Below, piece by piece: positions 24,569 to 36,679 of a stretch of 64,000 bases of DNA. The notes under the pieces were generated by a model. The model was not told where the DNA came from and searched no databases. It saw only the letters and a list, made by a program, of their open reading frames with translations. The translations under genes and the position numbers were made by a program. Positions within the stretch are counted from its first letter, which is position 1. Each line of letters opens with the position of its first letter. Source of the stretch: an uncultured Gemmatimonadales bacterium (GTDB lineage Bacteria > Gemmatimonadota > Gemmatimonadetes > Gemmatimonadales > JACORV01); assembly GCA_963729955.1 (NCBI GenBank), contig CAVSQA010000019.1, forward strand, positions 69,385-133,384. The letters are read 5' to 3'.

Positions 24569-25952
24569 ATGCGCATCGACCCCGTCATCTTCCGGCAATA
24601 CGACATCCGGGGCACCGTCGGCGTCGACCTCACGCCGGAGGTCGCCCGCTCGGTGGGCGCGGCCATCGGCTCCGAGGCGCGCGAGCGCCTGGGACGGCCC
24701 GCCACCCTCGCGGCGGGACGCGACAATCGCCCCTCCGGCGAATCGCTGATGGCGGCCCTGGTCGACGGCCTCCGGTCGACCGGCACCAAGGTCCTGGCCG
24801 TGGGCCTGGTGCCGACGCCGGCGCTGTATTTCGCCATTCACCACCTCGCGGCCGACGGCGGCGTGCAGGTGACCGGCTCGCACAACCCTCCCGAGATGAA
24901 CGGCTTCAAGATGGTCCTCGGCGGGCTGCCGTTCGCGGGGGACGACATCCAGGGCCTGCGCCAGCGGATCGAGCAGCACCGGCTGGCCAGCGGGCGGGGC
25001 GAGCTGACGACCCACGACGTGCTGGCGTCCTACCACCAGGAGATCCTCTCCCGCATCGGCCCGCTGGCGCGGCCGCTCAGCGTCGTCGTGGACTGCGGGA
25101 ACGGGGTGGCGAGCCTCACCGGCCCCGCCCTCCTCGAGGCCCTCGGCGCACGGGTGGACCGCCTGTACTGCGTCTCGGACGGCACGCTTCCCCAACCACC
25201 ACCCGGATCCGACGGTCCTCGCGAACCTGCGCGACCTCCAGGCGCGCGTCGCCGCCCTTGACGCCGACCTCGGCATCGCGTTCGACGGTGACGGCGACCG
25301 CATCGGCGCGGTGGACGAGAGCGGGACGGTGCTGTTCGGCGACCAGATCCTCGCCCTGCTCGGCGAGGACGTCGTGCGCCGGCTGGGCAAGGGCCGGGAG
25401 GTGATCTTCGACGTCAAGTGCTCCGACGCGTTGCCGGAGGCGCTGGAGCGCGCGGGCGCCCGGCCGGTGATGTGGATGACCGGCCACTCGTTCATCAAGA
25501 AGAAGATGAAGGAGAGCGGGGCGGTGCTCGCCGGCGAGATGAGCGGGCACATGTTCTTCGGCCCGCCCGACTACCTCGGCTTCGACGACGCGCTGTACGC
25601 GGCGGCGCGCCTGCTGAAGATCACGGCGGGACAGCCGCAGCCGCTGTCCGCGCTGCGCCTCGCGCTCCCGCAATACGTCTCCACGCCGGAGATCCGGGTC
25701 GACTGCCCGGAGCAGCGGAAGACGGCGGTCGTGGAGGCCGCGGCGCGGCACTTCGCCGCGCGCTACCCGACCGTCACGATCGACGGCGTGCGCTGGCGGA
25801 CGCCCGAGGGCTGGGGCCTGATCCGCGCCTCCAACACGCAGCCGATCCTCGTGCTGAGGTTCGAGGCCAGGAGCGCCGCGGGCCTGGAGGCCATCCGCCA
25901 TGAAGCCGCGCAGGTGCTGAGCGATCAGGGGGTCGGCGGCCTGGCGCCATGA
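24569..25952 (+). CDS. Phosphomannomutase/phosphoglucomutase, AlgC-like (frameshift near 25190)
   Basis: FRQYDIRG, TGSHNP, FDGDGDR, GEMSGH, RASNTQP. Confidence 0.93.
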
Positions 25953-28603
25953 GCCGACGTCGCATCGCGCTGTACTCCGTCGGGGCCGCCTTCGTCGTGC
26001 TGTTCGGTGGCCGCTGGGCGGCCATCCGGTTCACCGAAGCCTCCTGGTACGCCGATCTGGGCCTGTCCGACCTGTTCTGGACGCGCCTGGTGCACGACGG
26101 CCTGTGGCAGCTCGCGGTGGCGGCCGCGGCCACGCTGTGGTACGCCATCCAGACGATGGCGGTCTACCGCTCCATCGGCGCGGTGCACCTCCCGCGCCGG
26201 GTGGGCAACCTGGAGATCGCGGAGGAGGTGCCGCGGCGCGTGCTGCGCTGGATCGCGCTCGCGCTCGCCGTCGTGCTGGGCATCGTCACGGCCGCGACCT
26301 TCACCGACATTCCCTCGCTGGTCGACCTCTACCGCTCCGCCGTGCCCCTGGACCTCCGGGAGCCCGTGCTCGGGCGCGACGCCTCGTTCTACATCGCGCG
26401 GCTGCCCCTGCTCGAGACGCTGCACCTCGCCGCCCTGCTGCTGGTGGTCTTCGGCGCGTTCGTGGCGGGCGCCCTGTACGCGATGACCGGCAGCATCACC
26501 GTGGCCGAGCGGCGGCTGCGGATGACCCCGCACGCGCGGAGCCATCTCGTGGCGCTCACGGCGGTGCTGGCGCTGGTGGTGGCGTGGGGCTTCCAGCTCG
26601 ACGCCTACGCCATCGTGGGCGGGGGAGGGAGCGCGGACGGCGCGCTCGCGGCGGCCGACCGCGCGGTGCGCATTCCCGCCGCCACGGCGCTGGCGGCGCT
26701 CGCGCTGGTCGTGGCCGCGGGCACGACCGTGCTGCTGCGCCGGAGCCGGGCCGGCGTGTTGATCGCGATGTGGGCCACGCTCGCGGTCGGTGCGGTGGCC
26801 GGACGGTACGTGGCCCCCTACCTCTCGGATGCCTGGCAGGGGAGGCCGGATCCGGCGGCTGCCCTCGCCCTGGCGCAGTATGCCGACCGCTATTCGAGGG
26901 CCGGCATGGGCGTGCTCGACGGCGTGCGGCAGCAGCGCACCCAGGCCGCGTCGGCCCTGCCGGCCGAGAGCCTGGGGGCGGTGCAGCGGGCGCTCGACGG
27001 CCTCTCGCCGTGGGATGCCGAGCCCGGGCTCCTCGACGCCGCCCTCAACGCGGCCGCAGACGACAGCACCCGTCCGCGGGCCTGGACCACGACGCTGGAT
27101 CGCTACCCGGGGCCGGGGGGCGCGCCGGCGCTCGTAGCGCTCGCGGTCCCCGAAACGGACGTGCTCGCCCTGCGGCGCGAGCCGCGCCCGCCCGACTGGA
27201 CCGCACTGCACCGCGGCGCCCTCGCGTGGGGCGGAGACCCCCTCGCGGTGGAGGCGGGCGCGGCCGACGCCGGCTCGCTCCGCTTCCTGAGCGCGCTGGA
27301 CCCGGCGGACGGCGACAGCCCCACGCCGCAACCGCTCGCGCTCGCGAGCGGGCGCATCCGCTACCTCGCCCGTGGCGCCGAGCTTGCGGTCGTGGGGCCG
27401 GACGAGCCTCCGCCGGCCACGGGGCCGGAGGGGCTCGGCCTGGCGGGCATGCTGCGGCGCCTGCTGCTGGCGTGGGCGCTCCAGTCGCCGCCGCTGCTCG
27501 ACCGGCGCACCAGCGTATCCGACCGGCTGCTCATCTGGCGCGACGTTCCCGACCGCCTGGCGCGGCTCTATCCGTTCGCCACCTTCGACCCGCCGCGGGC
27601 CGTTGTCGCCGACCGCCGCCTGGTGTGGGTGGCCGACGGCTATCTGGCCTCGGCGCGCTTCCCGCTCGCGGACCACGTGAGGTGGAGCGGCGACGACGTG
27701 AACTTCCTCCGCGCGCCGTACGTGGCGACCGTGGACGCGGTGACCGGCGCCACGCGGCTCTATCTCCGCCCGCCCGACCTGCCGTTCGCCGCGCGCCTGG
27801 CCGCCATCACCGGCGCGCGCGCCCTGCCGAGCGACAGTCTGGGCGCCGACTTGCGCCGCCACCTCGGCTACCCGGCGGGGCTGTTCCTCGCCCAGGCCGA
27901 GATGCTGGCGCGCCATCGCGGGGATACCGGGACGGCGGCGCGGGCCTGGTCGGTGGCCATGCTCGAGTCGCCGCCGGGCGCCGAGCCGGCGCCGCACGCG
28001 ACCCTCGCGCTGCTCGCCCTCGGCGACGAGCCGGCGCGGCTGTGGCGGCTGCTCCCGCTCGCCGACGCCGCCGGCAGCGGGCTCGTCGGCATCGTCGCGG
28101 GCACCGCCGGCGCGGACGGCCGGCTGCTGCTGCGCCTGTTGCGGTTGCCCGCCGGCGCGTACCCCACGCTGGCGGCGGCCGAGAGCCGCATCATGTCCTC
28201 GCCGGCCGCCGTCGGCGCCGTGGCCGAGGCCGCCGGCCCCGAGGGGAACGTGCATCGGGGCGCCGTCGCCGCCATCCCCGTCGCTGGCACGGTGGCGTAC
28301 GCGCAGTTCCTCTACGCGTCCCCGCGCCGCGACGACATCCCGCTCATGCCGCACCGCCTGGCGGTGCTCGCCGAAGGCCACCTCGGGATCGGCAGCGACC
28401 CCGTGAGCGCGGTGCACGCCCTGGCGTCCCCCACGGAGTCACGCGCCGATGCCGGCACGTCGGCCACGCTCACCGAGGCTCGGGCGGCGTTTCTCGCGCT
28501 CGATTCCGCGGCGCACCGCGGGGATTGGGTCCGGTTCGGGCGCGCGTACGAGACGCTGCGCCGCGCCCTGGGCATCGGCGGCACGCCGCCGCGACGGCCT
28601 TGA
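25949..28603 (+). CDS. UPF0182-family membrane protein (divergent)
   Basis: N-terminal TM bundle with WYADLG, EPVLGRDASFY...LP, later WVADGY...FP and VATVDAVTG; 884 aa. Confidence 0.8.
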   Translation: MSRRRIALYSVGAAFVVLFGGRWAAIRFTEASWYADLGLSDLFWTRLVHDGLWQLAVAAAATLWYAIQTMAVYRSIGAVHLPRRVGNLEIAEEVPRRVLRWIALALAVVLGIVTAATFTDIPSLVDLYRSAVPLDLREPVLGRDASFYIARLPLLETLHLAALLLVVFGAFVAGALYAMTGSITVAERRLRMTPHARSHLVALTAVLALVVAWGFQLDAYAIVGGGGSADGALAAADRAVRIPAATALAALALVVAAGTTVLLRRSRAGVLIAMWATLAVGAVAGRYVAPYLSDAWQGRPDPAAALALAQYADRYSRAGMGVLDGVRQQRTQAASALPAESLGAVQRALDGLSPWDAEPGLLDAALNAAADDSTRPRAWTTTLDRYPGPGGAPALVALAVPETDVLALRREPRPPDWTALHRGALAWGGDPLAVEAGAADAGSLRFLSALDPADGDSPTPQPLALASGRIRYLARGAELAVVGPDEPPPATGPEGLGLAGMLRRLLLAWALQSPPLLDRRTSVSDRLLIWRDVPDRLARLYPFATFDPPRAVVADRRLVWVADGYLASARFPLADHVRWSGDDVNFLRAPYVATVDAVTGATRLYLRPPDLPFAARLAAITGARALPSDSLGADLRRHLGYPAGLFLAQAEMLARHRGDTGTAARAWSVAMLESPPGAEPAPHATLALLALGDEPARLWRLLPLADAAGSGLVGIVAGTAGADGRLLLRLLRLPAGAYPTLAAAESRIMSSPAAVGAVAEAAGPEGNVHRGAVAAIPVAGTVAYAQFLYASPRRDDIPLMPHRLAVLAEGHLGIGSDPVSAVHALASPTESRADAGTSATLTEARAAFLALDSAAHRGDWVRFGRAYETLRRALGIGGTPPRRP

Positions 28604-28628
28604 AGACCCCACCGGCCCTGCCTAGCTT
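28600..28628 (+). promoter_or_regulatory. Putative sigma70 promoter of the carbamate kinase-sucCD-ndk operon
   Basis: TTGAAG-17 bp-TAGCTT, followed by a GGAGG RBS. Confidence 0.55.
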
Positions 28629-28649
28629 GGGCGGCTCGCCGGAGGAACT

Positions 28650-29594
28650 GTGAACGAGCAGACGGTCGTCGTGGCGCTGGGAGGCAACGCGCTCGCCCGC
28701 GGGGGAGAGCGCGCCACCATCGCCAACCAGTTCCGGCACACCCGCGAGAGCCTCGCCCCGATCGTGGACCTGGCGCGCGACGGCTGGCGCATCGCCATCG
28801 TCCACGGCAACGGACCGCAGGTGGGCGACTCGCTCGCGCGCAACGAGATCGCGGCGGCCGAGATCGAGCCGCTGCCCCTCGGCGTGCTGGTCGCCGAAAC
28901 CGCGGGCTGGATCGGCTACATGATCCAGCAATCACTCCAGAACGCGCTCGAGCGGGCCAAGATCGCGCGCGACGTCGTCACGGTGATCACCCAGACCGAG
29001 GTCGCGCCGGACGACCCGATGCTGCGCGCGCCCTCCAAGCCCATCGGCAACGAGCTGTCGGAGGCGCGGCGCGCCACCCTCGCCCGCCACGGCGTGACCG
29101 TCGGGCGCGACGCGTCGGGCCGCTGGCGCCGGCTGACCGCGAGCCCGATGCCGATCGACCTCGTCGAGGCGCCGATCGTCCGTCGGCTGGTCGAGCAGGG
29201 CACCATCGTGATCGCCGCGGGCGGCGGCGGGCCCCCCGTGTACCGCGACCCGGTCCTCCGGCTGGAGGGCGTGGACGCGGTGGTGGACAAGGACCGCGCC
29301 GCCGCCATCCTCGCGCGCGAGCTCAAGGCGGCGCTGCTGCTGATCCTCACCGACGTGCCGGCGGTGTACCGGGACTACGGCACGGACCGTGCAGCACCCA
29401 TCCGGCGCATGACGGCTGCGGAGGCGCAATCCCTACTCGACGCCGGGCAATGCGGCCAGGGCAGCATGCGCCCGAAGGTCGAGGCGGCCATTGCGTTCGC
29501 CAGGACCGGCGGCCGCGCCATCATCGCGGAGCTGAGCGAGGGACTCGCCGCCATTCGCGGCACAACGGGAACCACCATCGTGGCCGAGGGCTGA
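28650..29594 (+). CDS. arcC: Carbamate kinase
   Basis: [49 protein letters not shown]. Confidence 0.92.
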   Translation: MNEQTVVVALGGNALARGGERATIANQFRHTRESLAPIVDLARDGWRIAIVHGNGPQVGDSLARNEIAAAEIEPLPLGVLVAETAGWIGYMIQQSLQNALERAKIARDVVTVITQTEVAPDDPMLRAPSKPIGNELSEARRATLARHGVTVGRDASGRWRRLTASPMPIDLVEAPIVRRLVEQGTIVIAAGGGGPPVYRDPVLRLEGVDAVVDKDRAAAILARELKAALLLILTDVPAVYRDYGTDRAAPIRRMTAAEAQSLLDAGQCGQGSMRPKVEAAIAFARTGGRAIIAELSEGLAAIRGTTGTTIVAEG

Positions 29595-30736
29595 TGAACA
29601 TACACGAGTACCAGGCGCGCGAGCTGCTGGCGCGCGCAGGCATCGCCGTGCCGCCGGGCGTGGTCGCGACGACCCCGGCCGAGGCCAAGCGGGCGATGGA
29701 GCGGCTGGGCGTGGCGAAGGTCGTGGTCAAGGCGCAGGTGCACGCCGGCGGGCGCGGCAAGGCGGGCGGCGTGAAGCTCGCCGACACGCCCGAGCAGGCC
29801 GAGCGCCTCGCTTCCCAGATCCTGGGGATGAAGATCAAGGGTCTCACCGTCACCAAGGTGCTGGTGGTGCCCGCGACCGAGATCGCGAGCGAGGCCTACG
29901 TGGGCGTGATCGTGGATCGCGTGAGCCGCTCACCGGTGTTCATGGTGAGCCCGGCCGGCGGCATCGACATCGAGGAGGTCGCGGCCAAGACGCCGGACAA
30001 GATCTTCAAGGCCACCGTGGACGCCCGCTACGGGCTGCTGCCGCACCAGGCGATGGCGCTGGCGTTCCGGCTCTATGCCGACCTGGCCCAGGTGCGCCAG
30101 GCCGCGGACATCCTCCAGAAGCTGTACCGCGCCTTCGTCGACGCGGGCGCCTCGCTGGCGGAGATCAACCCGCTGGTCGTGACGCCCCAAGGGCGAGGTG
30201 GTCGCGCTGGACGCCAAGATCGCCGTGGACGACAACGAGCTGGAGCGGCGCCCGGCCGTCGAAGCGCTGCGCGACGTGGCGGCCGAGAACCCGAAGGAAG
30301 TGCAGGCGCGCGAGGCCAACCTCACCTACATCAAGCTCGACGGGAACGTGGGCTGCTGCGTGAACGGCGCCGGCCTGGCGATGGCCACGATGGACCTGGT
30401 GAAGTACTACGGCGGCGAGCCGGCGAACTTCCTCGACATCGGCGGCTCGTCGAACCCGGACAAGGTCGTCACGGCGCTCAAGATCATCACGGCCGATCCG
30501 AGCGTGAAGGCGATCCTGTTCAACATCTTCGGCGGGATCACGCGCTGCGACGACGTGGCCAACGGCATCGTGGCCGCGACCAAGCAGTTCAAGGTGGACC
30601 GGCCACTGGTGATTCGCCTGACCGGCACCAACGAGAAGGAGGCGGTCAAGATTCTCGAGGGCGTCGGCATGCGGGCCCTCACCGACATGGACGCCGCGGT
30701 GGAGCAGGCGGTGAAGCTGGCGAAGGGAGCGGCGGC

Positions 30737-30740
<4 letters not shown>
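29594..30740 (+). CDS. sucC: Succinyl-CoA synthetase beta subunit (frameshift near 30190)
   Basis: [49 protein letters not shown]. Confidence 0.95.
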
Positions 30741-31602
<862 letters not shown>

Positions 31603-31606
<4 letters not shown>

Positions 31607-32511
31607 CGCTCGCCGATCTCCTCGACCGCAGGCGGATCGTCGTCCCGCTCGAGGCGAGGACGGTCCGCGAGGCGACCACCAAGCTGGCGCGGGCCCTGGC
31701 CCGCGCCGGCGCGGTGGGCGACGAGGCCCGCCTCACCGAGATCCTGAAGAACGAATGGCCCGAGGACGTGGTCATGGTCGGCGGCCGCGCCTTCCTGCCG
31801 CACTTCCGCACCGACGCCGCGGCGGACCTGGCCCTCGCCATCGGCGTCGCGCCCCAGCCGATCTGCCGCGCCAACGATCCCAACCGCTGCGCGCGCGTGG
31901 TGGTCCTGATCGTCGCCCCGACGCGAGCGGCGTCGGAGTATCTGCGCGCGATGAGCGCCGTGGCGCGTGCCCTCGCCTCCGACGAGGTGCTCGAGGGTCT
32001 CCACGCGGCGCGCACCCCCGACGACGTGCTGGCCGTCGCGGGGCTCCGCAACACGCCCGTGCCCGCCGACGTGACGGTGCATGACGTGATGACGTCGAGC
32101 GTGATGACCGTGGGACCGGACACCACCCTGGGCGAGGCCGCCAAGGCGATGCTGGGCCGGGGCGTTCGCGCCGTCCCGGTCACCGGCGACAACGGCGAGG
32201 TCCTGGGGCTCCTCACGGACGGCCACCTCCTCAAGCACCTGCTCCCCGAGACCGTGCAGCAGCTCTCCACCGGCCAGATGAAGGCGGTCAAGCGCCGCAC
32301 CGCCCGCGGCTCGCCGCTGGCGCCGCGCGACGTGCCGGTCCGCGACGCGATGGACCGCACCGTGCTGTGCCTGGCCGAGGAGCAGACCATCGCCGACGTC
32401 GCCGCCCTGATGCTGGCCAAGGACGTCGACCGTTTCCCCGTCACCCGCGACGGCGCCCTGGTCGGGTTCCTGACGCGCGGCGACATCGTCCGCAAACTCC
32501 TGGGGTACTGA
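31603..32511 (+). CDS. PTS EIIA(Ntr/Fru)-like domain fused to a tandem CBS pair
   Basis: N-terminal half: [30 protein letters not shown]-terminal half: VHDVMT...VPV...GLLT and VRDAMD...FPVT...[10 protein letters not shown]. Confidence 0.8.
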
Positions 32512-32518
32512 ACCGCCG

Positions 32519-32929
32519 ATGCTCACGCTCGCGATCATCAAGCCCGACGCCATCGCGTCGGGGAAGGCCGGCAAGGTGCTGGCGCACCTCGAGGCGGCCG
32601 GTTTCAAGGTCCGCGCCGCGCGGCTGGTGCGCCTGTCCCAGCCCCAAGCCGAAGCCTTCTACGCCGTCCACCGCGAACGGCCGTTCTTCCGGCCGCTGGT
32701 GACCTTCATGACCTCCGGGCCCTGCCTGCCCCTGGCGCTGGAGCGCGACGACGCCGTCGCCAGGCTCCGCGAGGTGATTGGCGCCACCGACCCCAGGGAA
32801 GCGGCCCCCGGCACCGTTCGCGCCCTCTACGCCGAGTCCAAGGAGCGCAACGCGATCCACGCGTCCGACAGCCCCGAGAACGCCGCCCGCGAAGTCGGCT
32901 TCTTCTTCTCGGCACTGGACCTGGCCTGA
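32519..32929 (+). CDS. ndk: Nucleoside diphosphate kinase
   Basis: IIKPDA, FYAVHRERPFF, GATDP, RNAIHASDS. Confidence 0.96.
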   Translation: MLTLAIIKPDAIASGKAGKVLAHLEAAGFKVRAARLVRLSQPQAEAFYAVHRERPFFRPLVTFMTSGPCLPLALERDDAVARLREVIGATDPREAAPGTVRALYAESKERNAIHASDSPENAAREVGFFFSALDLA

Positions 32930-32954
32930 GCCCGGAGCCCGGCACCCGGCATCG

Positions 32955-32983
32955 TTGACCCAAGCAGGACAAGGAGTTAGCTT
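32955..32983 (+). promoter_or_regulatory. Putative sigma70 promoter of the yceD-rpmF-plsX-fab operon (probably near-leaderless)
   Basis: TTGACC-17 bp-TAGCTT, with ATG 8 nt downstream. Confidence 0.6.
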
Positions 32984-32991
32984 CACCGGCC

Positions 32992-33495
32992 ATGTTGCGC
33001 ATCGACCTCGCGGCCGTGCGCGAGGGCCCAGTCGCGATCGCCGACCAGCTTGCCCCCGACGATCCGCTCGTGGTGGCTACCGGCTTGGCGCTTGCCGCCC
33101 CGCTGTCCGTCTCGGGACGGCTCAGCAGCGCCGGCGAGGGGAAGTACTACTGGCAGGCGATGCTCGAGACGGTGGTCCGGGCCGAGTGCCGCCGCTGCCT
33201 GGCACCCGTAGACGTCCCGGTTGCCCAGTCGCTGGGGCTCGTCTTCGTGTCGGGCGACGAGGCCGAAGGGGAGGAAGACTGCTATCGGGTGCCGCGGCGC
33301 GCGTCCGTGCTGGACCTCGCCGAGGCCGTGCGGGAGGAGCTGCTCCTCGCCGTCCCGCAATTCGTGGAGTGCCGCAAGGATTGCCGCGGCCTGTGCCCGC
33401 GCTGCGGCGCCGATCTGAACGCCGGACCCTGCGGCTGCTCTGTCGAGATGGACCCACGGTGGGAAGCGCTCACGAAGTTACCTCGAGGGGAATGA
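32992..33495 (+). CDS. yceD: DUF177/YceD family protein
   Basis: ECRRCL, CRKDCRGLCPRCGADLN, DPRWEAL; upstream of rpmF. Confidence 0.9.
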   Translation: MLRIDLAAVREGPVAIADQLAPDDPLVVATGLALAAPLSVSGRLSSAGEGKYYWQAMLETVVRAECRRCLAPVDVPVAQSLGLVFVSGDEAEGEEDCYRVPRRASVLDLAEAVREELLLAVPQFVECRKDCRGLCPRCGADLNAGPCGCSVEMDPRWEALTKLPRGE

Positions 33496-33498
33496 AGC

Positions 33499-33678
33499 AT
33501 GGCGGTCCCGAAGCGACGGACATCGAAATCCAAGAAGCGGATGCGGCGTACCCACTACAAGGCGAAGGCCCCGACGCTCTCCCCCTGCCCGAAGTGCGGG
33601 GAGGCGCGCATCCCGCACCGCGTGTGCCCGAACTGCGGCTACTACAAGGGCGAGAGGCGGATCGAGATCGAGGACTGA
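33499..33678 (+). CDS. rpmF: 50S ribosomal protein L32 (zinc-ribbon type)
   Basis: [19 protein letters not shown]...[20 protein letters not shown]; 59 aa, below the ORF-track cutoff. Confidence 0.96.
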   Translation: MAVPKRRTSKSKKRMRRTHYKAKAPTLSPCPKCGEARIPHRVCPNCGYYKGERRIEIED

Positions 33679-34683
33679 GTGATCCGGATCGCCATCGACG
33701 CGATGGGGGGCGACCACGCCCCCGCGATGCCGGTCGCCGGCGCCGCGCTCGCCCTGGGCGAGCTGCCTTCGGACGTGACCATCCAGCTCGTGGGCCAGCA
33801 GCGCATCGTCGAGCGTGAGCTGGAGCGTCACGCCGTCGATCGCACCCGCCTGGAGCTGATCGATGCGCCCGAGGCCATCGCGATGGGTGAGAAACCACTT
33901 CAGGCGATCAGGTCCAAGCGTAATTCCTCCATCGTGATAGGCATAGGGCTGCAGAAAGCCGGCAAGTCCGACGCGTTCATCAGCGCCGGCAACACGGGCG
34001 CCGTCATGGCGGGCTCGACGCTCATCCTGGGGCTGTTTGCGGGCTTCGAGCGGCCGGCCATCGGCACCACGTTCCCGACCAGCCGGCAGTCGGTGCTGGT
34101 CCTGGACGCCGGAGCGAACGTGGACTGCACCCCCAGCGAGCTGACGGGGTTCGCCCACCTCGGCGTGCTGTACGCGCGCGACGTGATGGGCCGGCCGAAT
34201 CCGGCGGTGGCGCTGCTCAACATCGGCGAAGAGGAAGAGAAGGGGAACGCGGCCGCGAAGGAGGCGCACCGCCTGCTGCGCGCCAGCGGTCTGCCGTTCG
34301 TGGGCAACATCGAGGGCCGCCACATCCTCCTGGGGCGCTCGGAGCAGGGCGACTTCGACGTCGTCATCTGCGATGGCTTCGTGGGCAACGTGCTGCTCAA
34401 GTTCTACGAGTCGCTGGGGCGGCTTCTCCATGGCCTGGTGGAGCGCGAGATGGGGGCGGCCGCCGCCGGCAATGAGTCCATGTCCCGGATCTGGCGCGCC
34501 CTCGACTATGCCGAGTACGGCGGTGCTCCACTCCTCGGGGTCAAGGGCGTCTCGATCATCTGCCACGGCCGCTCCACGGCCAACGCCATTCGGAACGCCA
34601 TCCGGCTGGCGGTCGACGCCACACAACACCAACTGGTGCAGCACATGACACGCGAGTTCTCGCAGAGCCGGGCGGCCTCATGA
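33679..34683 (+). CDS. plsX: Phosphate acyltransferase
   Basis: IAIDAMGGDHAP, SAGNTGA, LDAGAN, CDGFVGN, YGGAPLLG. Confidence 0.95.
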   Translation: MIRIAIDAMGGDHAPAMPVAGAALALGELPSDVTIQLVGQQRIVERELERHAVDRTRLELIDAPEAIAMGEKPLQAIRSKRNSSIVIGIGLQKAGKSDAFISAGNTGAVMAGSTLILGLFAGFERPAIGTTFPTSRQSVLVLDAGANVDCTPSELTGFAHLGVLYARDVMGRPNPAVALLNIGEEEEKGNAAAKEAHRLLRASGLPFVGNIEGRHILLGRSEQGDFDVVICDGFVGNVLLKFYESLGRLLHGLVEREMGAAAAGNESMSRIWRALDYAEYGGAPLLGVKGVSIICHGRSTANAIRNAIRLAVDATQHQLVQHMTREFSQSRAAS

Positions 34684-35667
34684 AGGCGCCCGCCGTCGCT
34701 TTCGCCGGCCTGGGCGCGGTCGCCCCGAGCCGCGTGGTCACCAACGCCGATTTCGAGAAGACCCTGGACACGTCCGACACCTGGATCCAGGAGCGCACCG
34801 GCATCCGGGAGCGGCACTTCACGGGGCCGGGGGAGACCACCGCGGGGATGGGCCGGGACGCCAGCCTGCTGGCCCTGGCGGATGCCAAGCTCGAGGCGGC
34901 CGACCTGGATCTCATCGTGGGCGCGACGGCGTCGCCGGACCGGCTGCTGCCGTCCATGGCCTGCGACATCCAGGCGATGATCGGCGCCAAGCAGGCCGCG
35001 GCGTTCGACGTGATCGCCGCCTGCCCGGGCTGGGTGTACGCCCTGACGGTCGCCAAGGCGATGATCCAGGCGGGCTCGGCGCGGCGCGCCCTGGTGGTCG
35101 GGAGCGAGCAGCTGAGCGCGATCACCGACCAGACCGACCGTTCGACGGCCGTGCTCCTGGGCGACGGCGCGGGGGCGGCCGTCCTCGTGCCCGCCACCGG
35201 GGAGCGGGGCATCCTGTCGACCTACCTCAAGTCGGACGGCACCCTGGCCGAGCTGCTCTACCGGCCGGGAGGCGGCGCGGCGCATCCGCCGAGCGAGGAG
35301 CTGCTCAAGGACCACAGCTACTACCTCAAGATGGCCGGTCGCGAGGTGTTCAAGGCGGCGGTGAAGGCGATGGCGGAGGCCACGCAGTGCGCCCTGGACC
35401 TGGCGGGCATCACGTCCGACCAGCTCAGCCTGCTGGTCCCGCACCAGGCGAACATGCGCATCATCCAGGCGACGGCCGAGCTTCGCGCACGTGCCGATGG
35501 AGAAGGTGTTCGTGAACGTGGACCGGTACGGCAACACCAGCTCCGCCTCGATCCCGCTCGCGCTCGACGAGGCGCGCAAGTGCGGCCGCCTGAAGCCGGG
35601 CGACCTCGCCCTGCTGGTCACGTTCGGCTCGGGGTTCACCTGGGGAGCGATGGTCGTCCGCTGGTGA
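34680..35667 (+). CDS. fabH: Beta-ketoacyl-ACP synthase III (frameshift near 35483)
   Basis: [39 protein letters not shown]. Confidence 0.95.
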
Positions 35668-35746
35668 GCGCGCCGGACGCGCGCCCACCGGCACCGGAGG
35701 CGTCCGTCGTGCCGCCCGTCGGTCTGGCCCCGGTACGAGGGCCACC

Positions 35747-36679
35747 GTGGCTCTGCTCTGTCCGGGCCAGGGCTCGCAGCGCGTCGGCATGGCCAAGGAC
35801 GTGGCGGAGGCGTTTCCCGAAGCCCGCGCGGCGCTCGAGGCGGTGGACGACGCCCTCGGCTTCAAGCTCTCGGCCGTGATGTGGGACGGCCCCGAGGAGC
35901 TGCTGACCCGCACCGATCACGCGCAGCCGGCGATCCTGGCGCACTCGGCGGCGGTGTGGGCGGTCGTGGGCCCGCGGCTGGCGGGGCGGGTGGCGGGCGC
36001 GGCGGGCCATTCGCTCGGCGAGTACAGCGCGTACGTCGCGGCGGGTTCGCTCGCGGTGGCGGAGGCGGCGCGGCTGGTGCGCCGCCGCGGCGAGCTGATG
36101 CACGAGGCGGGCACGGCGCGCCCCGGAACCATGGCGGCCGTGATGGGGCTGGACGAGGGGCGCGTCGCGGCCGCGTGCCGGGAAGCGAGCGGCCCCGGAG
36201 GCGTCGCGGTGGCGGCCAACCTGAACGCGCCGGACCAGATCGTGATCTCGGGCGACCCACCGGCGGTGGCGCGTGCCGGCGACCTGCTCAAGGCGGCGGG
36301 CGCCAAGCGGGTGATCCCGCTCAAGGTGAGCGGGGCCTTCCACTCGCCGCTGATGGCGCCGGCGGCGGCGCGATTCGGGGAGGCGCTGAACGCCGCGGCC
36401 TTGGGCGCGCCCGCCTTCCCGGTGGTGGCGAACGCGAGCGCCGAGCCGGTGCGCGACGCCGCGACGGCGCGGCGGCGGCTGGCGGAGCAGCTCACCAGCC
36501 CGGTGCGCTGGGTGGAGTCGGTGCGGAGCTTGTCCGCGCTGGCGGGCGAAGGCGCCGCCTTCGTGGAGCTGGGGCCGGGCAACGTGCTCACGGGTCTCGC
36601 CCGGCGCATCGTCGCGGGCGCGCAGACCACGAACCTGGGCACGGCGGCCGAGTTGCGCGCCTACCTGGAGGCGGCGTGA
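35747..36679 (+). CDS. fabD: Malonyl-CoA:ACP transacylase
   Basis: PGQGSQ, GHSLGEY, VSGAFHSPLM, ELGPG. Confidence 0.95.
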   Translation: MALLCPGQGSQRVGMAKDVAEAFPEARAALEAVDDALGFKLSAVMWDGPEELLTRTDHAQPAILAHSAAVWAVVGPRLAGRVAGAAGHSLGEYSAYVAAGSLAVAEAARLVRRRGELMHEAGTARPGTMAAVMGLDEGRVAAACREASGPGGVAVAANLNAPDQIVISGDPPAVARAGDLLKAAGAKRVIPLKVSGAFHSPLMAPAAARFGEALNAAALGAPAFPVVANASAEPVRDAATARRRLAEQLTSPVRWVESVRSLSALAGEGAAFVELGPGNVLTGLARRIVAGAQTTNLGTAAELRAYLEAA

